DNA of 64,000 nucleotides from Chrysemys picta bellii. Taxonomy: Eukaryota. Positions within the stretch are counted from its first letter, which is position 1. The number at the start of each line of letters is the position of its first letter. The stretch is taken from assembly GCF_011386835.1 (NCBI RefSeq), contig NC_088796.1, forward strand, positions 51,398,001 to 51,462,000, given 5' to 3'. Shown here piece by piece: positions 34,079 to 45,866 of this stretch. A program made the position numbers and the translations under genes. The notes under the pieces were generated by a model, which saw nothing but the letters and a program-made list of their open reading frames with translations, ran no database searches and was not told where the DNA came from.

Positions 34079-34898
34079 CGTATAAATGAACTGAATATTT
34101 TTTTTTTGGTTCTACATTTAGTGTCCAGTAATTTCATGAGGTGTTCCACTTCTAAGTCACTGCAGAAGGTAAAAGGAATGACTGAAACTCTTTCACTATG
34201 CAATTCATAATTTTGAATACCTCAGTCAATGCTTCTCCTTTCCTACCTAAATAATCCTGTGGTTTCCACTCTCTCTTTTTATCACTGTGTTAAATTTATC
34301 ATCAGGCTCTAGAGAATCGCCTGTTTCAGGAAAATCCCTATTACTTCTGTAGTAAGAGTTCTGTCTCCATGATGGTTTAATAGACTTTATTATTTCCCAT
34401 ATTTTACTGAACCTTCTCCCAGCACATCCCGCACTAGGCATGATGATGTCATTGCATTTGTTTTCTTACAGTAATGAATATTACTTGTGTTTATTGTTGT
34501 ATCCACTGATTCATTTTATTATCTCATAGCAATAATACCTTTGGCAGGCAACAGTTTTCCTGTTTCATTTGTTTTGGTGGCAAGATATGCCGCTGAGCCG
34601 GATGCCATCAGCAGAAGCATGGCTGATTATGCACCTCCTTTTGGAACATTACCCCTCATGTTTTTCATCTTCTTGATGAATCTCTGGCCTGGCTTAGCTC
34701 TTCTCTTCATTTCTTCCATCTGGTTTCTTTCAGATCTGAACAGCTGTCTGAGACATACTTTTCTTGATCCATGACATTATTATCTATGGTGATCTTTTCC
34801 TTTTCATGGCTGAATTGAGCTTCTGTATTAACTCTTATAGGTCATGGCATGTTAGCTATGAAGACAAGACCATCTTGCAAATGTGAGTTGGTTCAACT

Positions 34899-35022
34899 TA
34901 GGGCGACCAGACAGCAAGTGTGAAAAATCAGGACAGGGGGTAGGGGGTAATTTGAACCTATATGAGAAAAAGACCCAAAAATCGGGACTGTCCCTATAAA
35001 ATCGGGACATCTGGTCACCCTA
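34899..35022. mobile_element. hAT MITE, 124 bp
   Basis: TIRs TAGGGCGACCAGA / TCTGGTCACCCTA with a perfect 8-bp TSD GTTCAACT. Confidence 0.95.
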
Positions 35023-35283
35023 GTTCAACTACTTCCTTCCAGTTGGTGATCAATGCTTTCTCCTCTCCATTCTCTCTTTTCAAGCAGAGGCCTGGGTAAT
35101 GTATCTTGTTTCTGCTCTTCTTACTGCATATACAGTGAAGACCAAGTTATGTTTTGGTAGAAACTAAATGTATCGGCCATATCTGTACTTCAGTTCTGAA
35201 GACCTGTCAATGGAAGGCGTTTCTTTTCCATTAATAGGTCACAAGCTTTTCCTGTTGTCAATAAGTGGTCTACACAGAGAGCG

Positions 35284-35715
35284 CAGGATGGCTCAGGTAA
35301 TCAAATGATAAGGTGGTAGGAGGGGGGAAAGGGGACAGAGCTTTTCACCTCCAGGTCTTTGGTTCAATGCTGACAAAAGTTGGGAGTGTTTGGAAGTCCC
35401 TACCATATACTCACTGTTTGGTGACCATTGTATTAGTGATTTCAGTCCAGTTCTTAGGCTCCAAAACCATGTTAGAAAAAACAACACTGCTACAGTTGGC
35501 ATGAATTAACTTTATGGCAGTCCCAGAAGAGAAACCTCCGCTGAATTCTCTTCCCACCCCCTCCAAAGGTGCTCCAGCCAGAGCTGGGATGTAACTTACT
35601 GGCTGGGTTGCATGTGGAAGCTTTGCCTGTGCCTATTCTATGGAAAAACAAAAGACTTCAGTCTTTTGGGCTATCAATCTGGCACCTTTCATGAGCAACT
35701 TTTTTAAATTAACTT
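35284..35715 (+). mobile_element. LF-SINE, near full length
   Basis: GGATGGCTCAG...GAGCTTTTCACCTCCAGGTC...TCAGTCCAGTTC...GACTTCAGTCTTTTGGGCTATCAATCTGGCACCTTTCATGAGCA follows the recalled LF-SINE consensus from head to tail. Confidence 0.78.
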
Positions 35716-36505
35716 TAAAAAGAAGGGAAAAAAAGGGAAAAATGGCCTGCATGGTGATAGATTATATTTGTGCATCTTTGTCAGTATTTCATTCAGCATT
35801 ATTAGTGTGCAGGACTGATTGAAAGCCTGCTCGTTCCTTTACTTGGTTGGAATCCAATTTGCAGTAAGTCACTTGCTCACTGCCAAGGTTAACAATTTGT
35901 AGGCTAGAGACAGGAGACTAATGGGACTTAGTCCTCCAATTGTCTCTGCACTTACCGTTTAAGACTAGCATTATTTCCCTTCTTTGTTTCTTCTCTCTCT
36001 CTCTCAAGCATTGTGAACATAATTTCCAGCTATTCTGCTTCGGCTCTCCCCATTGTCTTTTGCAATACTGATTACACCTTGTATATTTTCCAAAAAAAAT
36101 GTCTTCTCATGGTTTGTTTTCACTGCTTTTGAAAACATGGGTTAGTAAAAGATTGTTTGCTAGTCAAATGCACTTTTGAAGTGTTAAAGCTAAGCTTTAT
36201 GGACTCCCTGGTAGGTTAAAGATCACAGTCATCAAACTATCTTATAAAAACTAATGAGGTTAATGAAGCTGGTGGTACAATGTAAGACTTCTTTGTAAAT
36301 TCATTTAGGAAATATCAGAAGGAGAAAATACTCATTGTTACCCTTTAACAATCTTTGAATTTTATGAAGCATTCTAGCCATAACATGCGCCCCACTGTAG
36401 ATAATTGTCTCCTTGAGAAAGAAAGCCTTGTTGTTTGTTTTGCATAGTTCAGCTGCTGAGCAGCACTGTGCGCCCTGACTGTACTGTGGTTAGTAAATAA
36501 TAATA

Positions 36506-36681
36506 CACCTCTACCTCGATATAACGCTGCCTGATATAACACGAATTCGGATATAACGGGGGGGGGGGGGCTGGGCTGCGCACTCCGGCAGATCAAAGCA
36601 AGTTTGATATAATGCAGTTTCACCTATAACACGGTAAGATTTTTTGGCTCCCGAGGACAGCGTTATATTGGGGTAGAGGTG
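36506..36681. mobile_element. Tc1/mariner-superfamily MITE, copy 3
   Basis: TIRs CACCTCTACCTCGATATAACGC / GCGTTATATTGGGGTAGAGGTG, TA flanks, central G13. Confidence 0.85.
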
Positions 36682-37098
36682 TAGCTCTAGAACTATATTG
36701 ATTGGATTTCATTTCTGTGTTAGTCCTTTTTATACACTGCACTGCATTATACCGAGTTGCTAGGGGCCAGTTTGGCCCCATGTACATTAGAGAAGCCCTA
36801 ATGTTCCTCTAACTTTCAGTCACCTCCAACAGCTGCTAAGGGGCTGTTCCAGAAGTTAGGAGTTGCCAGAATGCAGTATGCTTCGGCTATGCACCCTCTT
36901 CAGTGCACCCCGAGCATGCTAACCTGAAGGCTGACCAGGGGGCTGGCAGAGACCTAGCTATACCAACTCTGGGTTGCGCTGGGGTTCACCTACATAAGGT
37001 GGCCATTTAGGACACCTTTAAGGCTTCTTTGTGTCACTCCAGTGAGTGGCACAAAGCCATTTCATTGGGCCAGAAAATGGCACCCACACTATTATCTA

Positions 37099-37100
<2 letters not shown>

Positions 37101-37156
<56 letters not shown>
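37101..37156. repeat. (GT)24(GA)4 compound microsatellite
   Basis: Read directly. Confidence 0.97.
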
Positions 37157-39430
37157 TAGATATGCAGGCAACTTTAAGGAGTATAACTTTAATGTGGGTT
37201 TTATTGTGCATTTACACTCAAAACCTTAATGCTGTTCACATATACTTTTCATAGACTATACCTTATTGTAATTTAAATTAAAACCTTTAGTTATAAATTA
37301 ATTACTTAGTGTGAAATAAGAGGAAGTTATTTCGTATTCTTTTTAGTTAAAAATGGTACCACACAACTGTTGAACTCTCTTACATACAAAAGATGGTCTC
37401 TCTTGACAACAGAATAATGTGGTTTAATAGTTTTGCATCAGTGTATGTAGATAGCTGTGTGCTTAACCTGGTAAAATATTGAAAGAGAGGCACCAAATTC
37501 CAGGTTTAAAGTTTAAATAAGAAAACGCTTCTTTACATCACCTTTCCCTCACAATTCAGGAAATGCAGAGCGTAAATGGGGTCAGAAAAGGGCTCATGAC
37601 TGAACTTCTTTGCAGCTGCTTCCCCAGTTACTTTTGCTGTGTTTTAACCGCTGTGATATCATTTGCTCTCCCACCCTGCCATCATCTTTACAGGTATCCC
37701 CACCAGGTCAGTATTGGTTTCAAAGAACCTCACATGCACAGATGTGTTGGCCCACGTGCTCCTATCTCCACAAATATGCCCTCACATGTTGCTACCCATT
37801 AAACGTCCCCCTTAGTGTCTCCTGTCCTTCCACATTAGATTTCTTGGGAGGGTATGGTTACAGCTAACTGTGTAGTGCTGCCACTAGAGCATAGTTTTTG
37901 TATCAGGAGTAGGTTCATTCTAATCCTAGCTTGGGGCAGACTTTTAAAAAAAAGTAAATACTTGTTCATGAGAATTAGGTCCAGCACTGAGCTATTGTTA
38001 CTTTAAGCAACATTGACTCTTTCCTGAAGGGTTCAGCACCATGATGCACATTGGCTACCAGGCTAATTGCTTTACATTGCAATCTATTTTCATAGGCAAA
38101 TGGTGCCCAAGGGTGAAATAACAAAAATACTGAGGCAAATTTTCCAACATGTGTTCTTTAAAATTCCCCCCTGAGTTGAAAGAGTGACCTCTGGTGAACA
38201 AATGTTCTTTCACCTTCAGTGTTCAAAACTATTAATGTTTTTGTATGCTTACATGATTAATTCACAGGCTTTCTTTTCAGCAGAGTGATTTCTAAACTCT
38301 GCTTTTCTTGCTCCCTCAGATTTAAGGCAATTTGTTTTATAAGACTGGAAATACTTTATTCTGTAAGACTATGTTTGATTATATGTTTAATGGTTACTGA
38401 GTAAGTGCTGCATTCAGTTACCTTGGCTTTAGTTTGAATAGCCTTTAAAGAGAAAGGTCTTCAGGCAGATTATTCTGTAACTGTGATCCTCTACAGCTGA
38501 CAGGTCTCACTGCAGATTCTGCAAGCTGGAGAGTTCCATTTGAAACATATCAAATTTCCCAGTAGTGTTGCTTGTTTACAGTTCTGCATGACAGTCTAAC
38601 TTAAGAGTGAGGCATTCTCTAGGCTTTGTACTATATTTGGGGTATCTTAAATAAACCTTTTACCAGGAAAGCCCCAGAAATTTTTCAGAAATGATTTGAA
38701 TATAAAAGAATATAACTGCCACTGGCACAGCTAAGAGTGAGACTACGGGGGCAAAGGACCAAGTCGACACTGTCCACATACGGTGATGATAACCCCATTT
38801 CCTGTTCTGACTTTGCTGAGTCCATACAATTCAAAGGGTATCTTAGCTTACCTAAGCATTGCTTTCCAGTAATGAATCCAGTTTGAACTTTCTTTACCTC
38901 ACCATTTGCTGTTCAGTGTCAAGGAGTGAGACTGATGAAAGGAAGTAGGTCCATCCACAGTGTTCCACCTCCTTGTGAAGCTGGGTGACTCAGGGCAGTT
39001 GCATCTTTGAAAATTAAAATCTGAACACAGATATTTTCCTGATTTTAAACAGTTGTTAACTCAGTCCCCCTCTTTGACTAAGGTGACCTCAAGGAGGTTT
39101 TTTCCTTGGACAACAAAATAATTCCTCCTCTTTTGTTTTGTTGCTTTCCTCAGGTGTTTATAAACCATGATGTTTCCTCATTTCTATTCACTCTGCTTAT
39201 GTTCATGAGGAATCCCATCCCATCTCCAGGTCCTTTTATAGTTTCACCCTAGTCTCCTCTGTGTTTACAACAAATTTGGAATCATCTGCAAATTTAGATG
39301 TATTGTACAGAATGACCTGCATTATTAGGGTATGACTGGATAAGTCTTCCATTTTTGATTTTCATGAACTAAGTAAAATTTCATTTAATACCTTCTTGAG
39401 GATTCTACTAAAATGTAGTTGTTTTATTTT

Positions 39431-39470
39431 GGCTGCTTGGGGCAGCCAAAACCCTGGAGCCGGCCCTGGG
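39431..39470. mobile_element. Isolated terminal fragment of a GC-rich hAT-like MITE
   Basis: GGCTGCTTGGGGCAGCCAAAACCCTGGAGCCGGCCCTG ends in CCCTG, typical of hAT TIRs. No partner end nearby. Confidence 0.4.
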
Positions 39471-40348
39471 TAGGACTAAGTGGATGATGGGCATTTACTT
39501 ACTCTATCCCTGGAGCAGGTGGGTGGGGACTGTCCCTGACTTGTTGATCAGCTAAATGGAGCATGATGTAATTTGCTATTAATATAGGCCAGCAGCAAAT
39601 TACTACAACTTTTCACAAGAAGGGGGAGTCATTGCGAATGCTAGGTGTGTCTCCAAGCCACAGTGGCTTTTGAAGTGGTGCAGTTTATGCATCACTTCTC
39701 ATTCAGGACTGTGCTTAAAGTCACAATCTAGCCTAAAAAAACAAACAACCTTCCCTGAACAACATAATTAATAATAATAAATAAACACAAAGATCCAGGA
39801 TAAGAATCACAGGTCTAGCAGATATGAGTATAGTAAAAAACAGTGATTTTTACCTCCTTCCCCCTCGCTCCACAGGAGGAACTTCTTGTTCCATTCACCA
39901 TTTTCATCTGACTCTTGTTTAGGAGAAATATAGTCTGCATTTGGGAAAGTGCAGGTGTGTTCAAGAAAAGAAAAGGAACTCAGGTTCAGAATGGAGAGAG
40001 GCTTCCTATTCCTGGCTGAGGGTCTCCTTCTGGTTCCAAAGTAATCCGCAGATGCCTGTCCCTTTGCACCTGGGTTTCTATCAAAGCTGTTGTGTAGGCC
40101 AGGATGTGGAGTAACCTCAGTCTCTTGTGACTATCCTTGATCACTCATGATTTCTTTCCTACTGAACTTGAGCTGCCTGATGAGAAAATCTTAAGAAATA
40201 ACACTTTACAAATCTGGAATGAATAATCTGAGAAATAATTATATTTATAATAATTATACATACACATACTTTCTAGATGGAGAGTATGTGAATTATATTG
40301 TACATACTTTTGGAGTGCTAATTAAATAATATATATGTACTTGTTTTG

Positions 40349-40640
40349 TACATAGGAATTGCCATGCTAGATTGTACCAGTGGCTCACTTAGACCCCTTC
40401 TATCTTCAAAGGTGATCAGTACCACCTATAAATACAAAAGTATAAGAACCATGCATGGATGACATCAGAAAGCAGGGATCATGAGTGGAACACGTCCTTT
40501 CCAAAGCATAATCCTTGAAAGTCCTTTGCATTACCTTGACTAATGGATCCTTTTATGTCTTATATCAGCATGTGTGATCCTTGCACTTTTGCCCATGTAG
40601 GAGGAAAATGTAAAAACCCTGTTAAATAGCATACTTATAG
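40349..40640 (-). mobile_element. Old CR1 3' end
   Basis: CATAGGAATTGCCATGCTAGATT = antisense CR1 terminus. Confidence 0.5.
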
Positions 40641-40664
40641 GGGAAGTTTCTTCAAATGGAAAAT

Positions 40665-40762
40665 ACTATATTATATTACAGGAGCACCAAGAGACCTCAG
40701 GCCCAATATGCTAGGCATTGTACAAAAATATAACAAAACTATGGTCCCTGTCCTGAAGAGTT
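40665..40762 (-). mobile_element. L2-type 3' tail
   Basis: TGCTAGGCATTGTACAAA...GGTCCCTGTCCTGAAGAG = antisense of the tail seen at 8580 and 24416. Confidence 0.6.
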
Positions 40763-43064
40763 AAGATAAGAGCTAAGAAGATGAATAATTATTAATAATA
40801 ATGAATTTGACTTATGATTGTCTTACAGTGTGGGTTATAATATTGCACTCTTCCTTTCTACGCACAATAATCCTTACATATCTGTTATTGGTAATGGAGT
40901 TTGGAGTTGAGGGTATTCAGCTATAAGGGGTGTGTGTGTGTCTTCAGACTATTTGAACTTTATTGATGCCAAATGAATATTACAAAGTTGTATTATAGAG
41001 CTGTATTCAGACCTTGCTAGTGTACAATATACTAAATTTAAGAAAAATGAACACACATTTATTGAAAAGAATTCTAAATACTGTATATTACTTTTCATTG
41101 CTTTAGAAGTAGTTAATGTATTCTCTGGCTTATTCAAGAAGTGTCATACACAAAACAATTACAAATAAGGGCAATGGTGATTGTTCCCTTTCTGTCCTTT
41201 CCTTGCATAGCTTGCTTGAATCCTAGTATCTTTACTGCTCCTCATGTCCCAGTCTGCACCCATCTCCTCTCAGATGGTTTGAGTGGCCAGTGTTTGGTTA
41301 CTGGTCCCCTTGACTGGCTTGTAAAAGTGTTTTGAGATGCCCCTTCCATTTACTACTAAGGATGGTCACATGCACAGTGACCACCTATTTTCTTTTTAGA
41401 CACCTCCCTTCTAGGATTTACAATTCATAGGACTTTATGCTCTTCTGCAGAAACTGACCTATTTATTGGAACATTTTTGAAGCAGAACATTTATCTCCAT
41501 GGGCTACTTAGAAATCTACAGAACAAGATGTTTTATGAACAGCATTTTTCAGTGTTGCAAAAGAAGCAGCAGAAGCACTTCATTATTACAGTTGTCTTTG
41601 TGGCTAACATCTGAAGTATTTCAGTTTTATTCTTTTTAGTGTGGTGACTCCTAGATTTAGAATGACCAAACATTTCCCCCCAACCTGTTTTACAGTTATC
41701 TTAAAGAATGAAAACATGGTATCTCCTTTGAACACACTGTATAGGTAATCCATGGCAACAATGGCAACTAATGGTTGGGCCTTTGGAGATTGAGATGGGT
41801 ACCATTTGTATTTATAAATTGAAAAAACACTTTGCTTCCTAGATTTTAATGCCAAAGGGCCTTATGGGGTGCAAGTGGTAACCAAGTGTTGCATAGGTCT
41901 TGTGCTGGCCCTCTGCATGGGGATGAATTTCACCCACTGTGACTACAATGGGTGAATAAGGGAAACAGAATTTGGCCCGTCATTCATGTTGGGTAAGTAG
42001 ATGTGGTGACAGATTTTCCCTTTCTAGTCTGTCACTGTGTAAGCAGTACCTAAGATTCCAGGTACAGAAGGTGATATCTATGCATTCAGCCAGTTCAGAG
42101 AAGGCAAAGCAGGAAGAATAAATTGTTTGACATTTTAGTCTTAGAAAACTGAGGAGAGAGTCTTTCCCCCGCTGCAACCCCTGTACACTACTCCAGTGGC
42201 AGACAGGGGCTGGAAAGGCACCAATAGGTTAGCATAAGCTCACCTTTAGCCCCTCTTCCTTTGGGGTGTGCATTCTCCCGGGAGGCATAGCATTAAATTA
42301 GACCACTGGTTTACTTTAAACTCTAAAAAAGTAATTCTTAGTCTCAGTTTTGTGTTTCTTTCTTCTCTAGGGCTTCCCCCTCATATATGGTTGATGGCTT
42401 GAGGCCATTGACTCTCACTAGAAGGGTATCAGTGTGATTCCCTAGGTATCTGAATGTGGAGCTTTGTTGATTTAGAGATCAGCTGCTAGGGAAAGTTGAT
42501 AGAACTAAACAGTAAACAGCTCTCTCCTCCCACCCCCTGTAGACTATTCTTTTGACATCTGTAACAATACAGGTCTCCTTCTCAGTACAAAACTGCTGTC
42601 TTTGGTATTAATGATTCCTTTCCATCTGGCTGACAATAGGAGTTTGAGCCTGCACTCGTTTTCGGATCCAAACTTTTGGACTTGACTGTGTATTCTCTCT
42701 TCTGAAAGGCACAGTTCCATGGGAAAACTTTGCCCATTCCATCTGTACAGCACAATCCCTGCAGAGAAAAATCTGCAAAGCAGCCAGTTGGTTAAAAAGT
42801 CAAACCATAAGTGTGCTTTATATTAAAATTCAAGAATACTTAGCACATCCAGGAATGAAGTTCTCAAAGCAGCCCCTAAAGATCATGAGACAATTCAATA
42901 GCCATATCCCATAGTATATGGGAAGTTCTTTTGTTATACTGGGATTTGTTTTTTGCCAGGAGGAATAGCAGGGATGAGAAAATGCAGAACACTTATACAA
43001 AGGCCAGGCCTTATTATACAGATTGGGCTCTGGAAGGATGTTGTGTAGGTCACATCTTTAGGGA

Positions 43065-43557
43065 CAGTGGTGCAAGTGGAATCCATTTTGTACTGGTTCG
43101 GGGGGTGGGGGGGCCACGGAGGGCATGTGACCTCCTCACGACTCCTCCCTGTCCCACCCCCAGCCTGGGGCCCCCATGCTTTCCCTGTCCCCTCCCCATG
43201 ATCCACTCCCCTTACTTGGGGAGGAGGGGCTCTGTCCTCCTCCCGCTGTGCCTTCAGAACTGCAGCAGTGAAAGGAGCAGAACATGGGGCCACCAGGTGG
43301 CCCCAAGCCTGCAGGTCCTCCAGTGTGGCTGTACCACCCCCAGCCTCACCCACCACCCTGTCCTCTGGTGGGGCTGCTGTACAGACGGAGGAGACTCTGC
43401 GTGGAAGGTTCTGGGGGTGATACATCTGCGCAGGAGGAGCTGCCAGCGTGGGGCCGCCCAATGACCCCACATTCTGCTGCTCCTCTTTCTGGTTCGCCAT
43501 GCCAGCTATAAATATCTTGCTGGTACGGCATACCATACCGCCCTACTTGCACTGCCA
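43065..43557. mobile_element. GC-rich hAT non-autonomous element
   Basis: TIRs CAGTGGTGCAAGT / ACTTGCACTGCCA with 8-bp TSD TTTAGGGA / TTTATGGA (7/8). It accounts for the overlapping 177-200 aa ORFs. Confidence 0.75.
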
Positions 43558-43717
43558 TTTATGGATCATCTGCTGCAGGAGGAGTTAATGTTATTCCCAC
43601 ATCTTTTGTAGTGAATTTGCAGGCGGGGGTTTAAAAAGCATTGAACTGGGCATAAATGAATATTCTTCATAAAGCACTATTATTTATACCGTTTTCTTCA
43701 TGCTTAACAACACTAGT

Positions 43718-44128
43718 GCTCAGATCCTCAGCTATGCCTGGGATGTGCATGGCCTAGGTCAGGATGGGTGGCCTTTGCTCTCCTCTGAGCCTAGGATTGC
43801 TGTGAGATGGGACAATCCCCTGGCATAATTTAGGGCACCCGGAAGCTGCTTTAAATTATTTCAGCTGCCAATCATGCTAAATTGCCAATATGGCAACCTG
43901 GCATCATTGGAGTATAGGGAAATCCTGAACACCACCGTCTTCCCAGCCATGTCCTCTTATGCTGGCATTAGGGAGAGAGTGGCAAAGAAGCCAGTCTGCT
44001 GGCTCTATGACATCCTAGGGTCCCTCTACACTGGGGTGGTCTTCCTGTAGCTGGCTATGCTGGCTTTACAGTTAAAATCCACCAGTACAGCAACACAAAG
44101 AGGCCACAGTGCATTAGTGAATCTGGTC
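43718..44128. repeat. Old MITE-like element
   Basis: Termini GCTCAGATCC / GAATCTGGTC. Family not identified. Confidence 0.35.
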
Positions 44129-44539
44129 TTTATGTGGATTATGTATTAATTCATGTCATGCTATGCTTTACACCTTATTTAATCTAATAAAAGGCACTGA
44201 CTAAATTGCCAAATCAACTTGTTTTAGTAAGTTTTACACAGAAAAAATGTTTAATGGTAATAGATTTCTGTGAAGTTATACATGGAATATTTAGGGTGCT
44301 GTATCCTTGAACAGATCATCTACCCACTCAGAGTCAATTTCTGTATATAAAATGGGAATCGGTTCTTCCTTATTTACCTACCTCATTGGTGTAGTTAGAA
44401 TTAACTATTTAGTGTGTGCAGAGTAATTTGAAGTTGGAGGCACACATTTCCAAAGTGACTTGTGATTTTCAGTGCCTCAGTTTTCAGATGGCCAACGTGA
44501 AACTTATTAAAAAGGGGCCTGAGTGAGAAGGCAGCTGCA

Positions 44540-44775
44540 TTGAGATAGACAGGATAGTCTAGTGTTTAGGGCCTATGCTAGGATTAGAGAGACCTGGGTT
44601 CAATTTCCCTGTTCTACCAATGTCTTCATTTGCGACCTTGGGCAAGTCACTAAACCTCTGTGTGCATCAGTTTCCCATAGTACCGCCCTGCCTCTCACAG
44701 GGGTATGTGAGAATAAATACACTGAAGATTGTGAGGTGTTCAGACACTACAGTAATGGGAGTCATATAAGTACCT
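44540..44775 (+). mobile_element. MIR-like CORE-SINE, near full length
   Basis: ACCTGGGTTCAATT (B-box)...GACCTTGGGCAAGTCACTAAACCTCTGTGTGCATCAGTTTCCC...GGGGTATGTGAGAATAAATACA. A further MIR 3' piece lies at about 44330-44435. Confidence 0.85.
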
Positions 44776-45058
44776 AAAATAGCTCACACTTTCTGAACAT
44801 CTGGTCCTTGAAAGATATTGAAGGCTGGGCCAAAATCACTAGCTACTTTCAAAAATGTAGGCCATGAAGTACTACATAAGAGCTAATTATTCTTTTAAAT
44901 AAATGTAGTGCTTGGTAGTTGGAGTTCCACCAAGAGGACCAGAGAGTCCTGTGGTGGATTAGATTGGGAACCAGTTCCTATTTATATACCACGGATTTGT
45001 ACTTTCAATTCAACACGTTAAGTGTGAAAGTGTATAGTTTAGAAATAAGATGATGAGG

Positions 45059-45214
45059 GGGCCTTGTTCCCATTTACACTAAGGCTCTTTATGTCACTCT
45101 GCCAGGATAAAAATGGCCTTAACATGAGTGTAAATGTAATTTACTCCACTATAAGGCTCCTTTACATTGCTGGAATGGTGTAAAGTGACCTTTGTGTAAA
45201 TGAGACTCAGGCCC
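45059..45214. mobile_element. Palindromic GGGCC-ended MITE
   Basis: 21-bp imperfect TIRs GGGCCTTGTTCCCATTTACAC / GTGTAAATGAGACTCAGGCCC. Confidence 0.7.
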
Positions 45215-45593
45215 AGTAGCTTTAGTTTCCTGGTTAGTTTTGTTTCCCAGAATATGATATTCCCCTGTTTTCTGTACACCTGCTATGGATCCAGAGGGGG
45301 CAGTTTCAATGAAGTGTTAGAAAAACAGAGGATACAGCCTCAGTTTGGTGAGTTTAGATGTTTATTTTAATTGTAGAGAGACGAGCAGGACTGTTTTTCC
45401 TCTTTGTTTCCTCAATGTACCACTCCACCCCTCCATCTTACGCCTTTCCACCTGCTCATTCAGGTGGATAGCACTTTGCAATTCCCTGCTGGGCTTCTGT
45501 ACTAACATATTCTGGGTATGACTTCCGAGACATTATGGGCTGAGTGTGGAGTGTTTTGGCACTCACACTCCTTTAATCTTTTTTTACATCTAA

Positions 45594-45866
45594 GGGTTTG
45601 TCTACATGTAAAACGTTACAGTGGCACAGCTGTGCTGCTGTAGCACTTCAGCGTAGACACTATCTGGGTGGATGGGAGGGATTCTTCTGGCAGCATAGGT
45701 AATCCACATCCCTGAGAGGTGGTAGGTAGGTTGATGGAAGAATTCTTCCCATTTTTCCATCGACCTAATGCTGTCTACATGGTTGGCTTAACTATGCCGC
45801 TCAGGGTATGGACTACCCCTGAGTGATGTAGTGTGGCTGATCTAATATTCTCGGGCAGACCAGGCC
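45594..45866. mobile_element. PIF/Harbinger-type MITE
   Basis: GGGTTTGTCTACA / GCAGACCAGGCC termini with TAA/TCA flanks. Related to 51778 and 52594. Confidence 0.7.

Noticed and set aside
34250-34860. Purine-rich minus strand with protein-like stretches (EKEKITIDNNVMDQEKYVSDSCSDLKE)
   Set aside because: Multiple stops in every frame and no recognisable homology.
37101-37156. Z-DNA-forming (GT)24 as a functional element
   Set aside because: An ordinary microsatellite with no nearby promoter evidence; useful only as a marker.
37694-37706. Possible 13-nt microexon (TTTACAG|GTATCCCCACCAG|GTCAGT)
   Set aside because: Not a multiple of three and no host gene context. Such motifs are common by chance.
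42931-43558. Overlapping 177-200 aa ORFs on both strands
   Set aside because: They lie mostly in a GC-rich hAT element where stop codons are scarce. Low-complexity Pro/Gly content and no domain motif.
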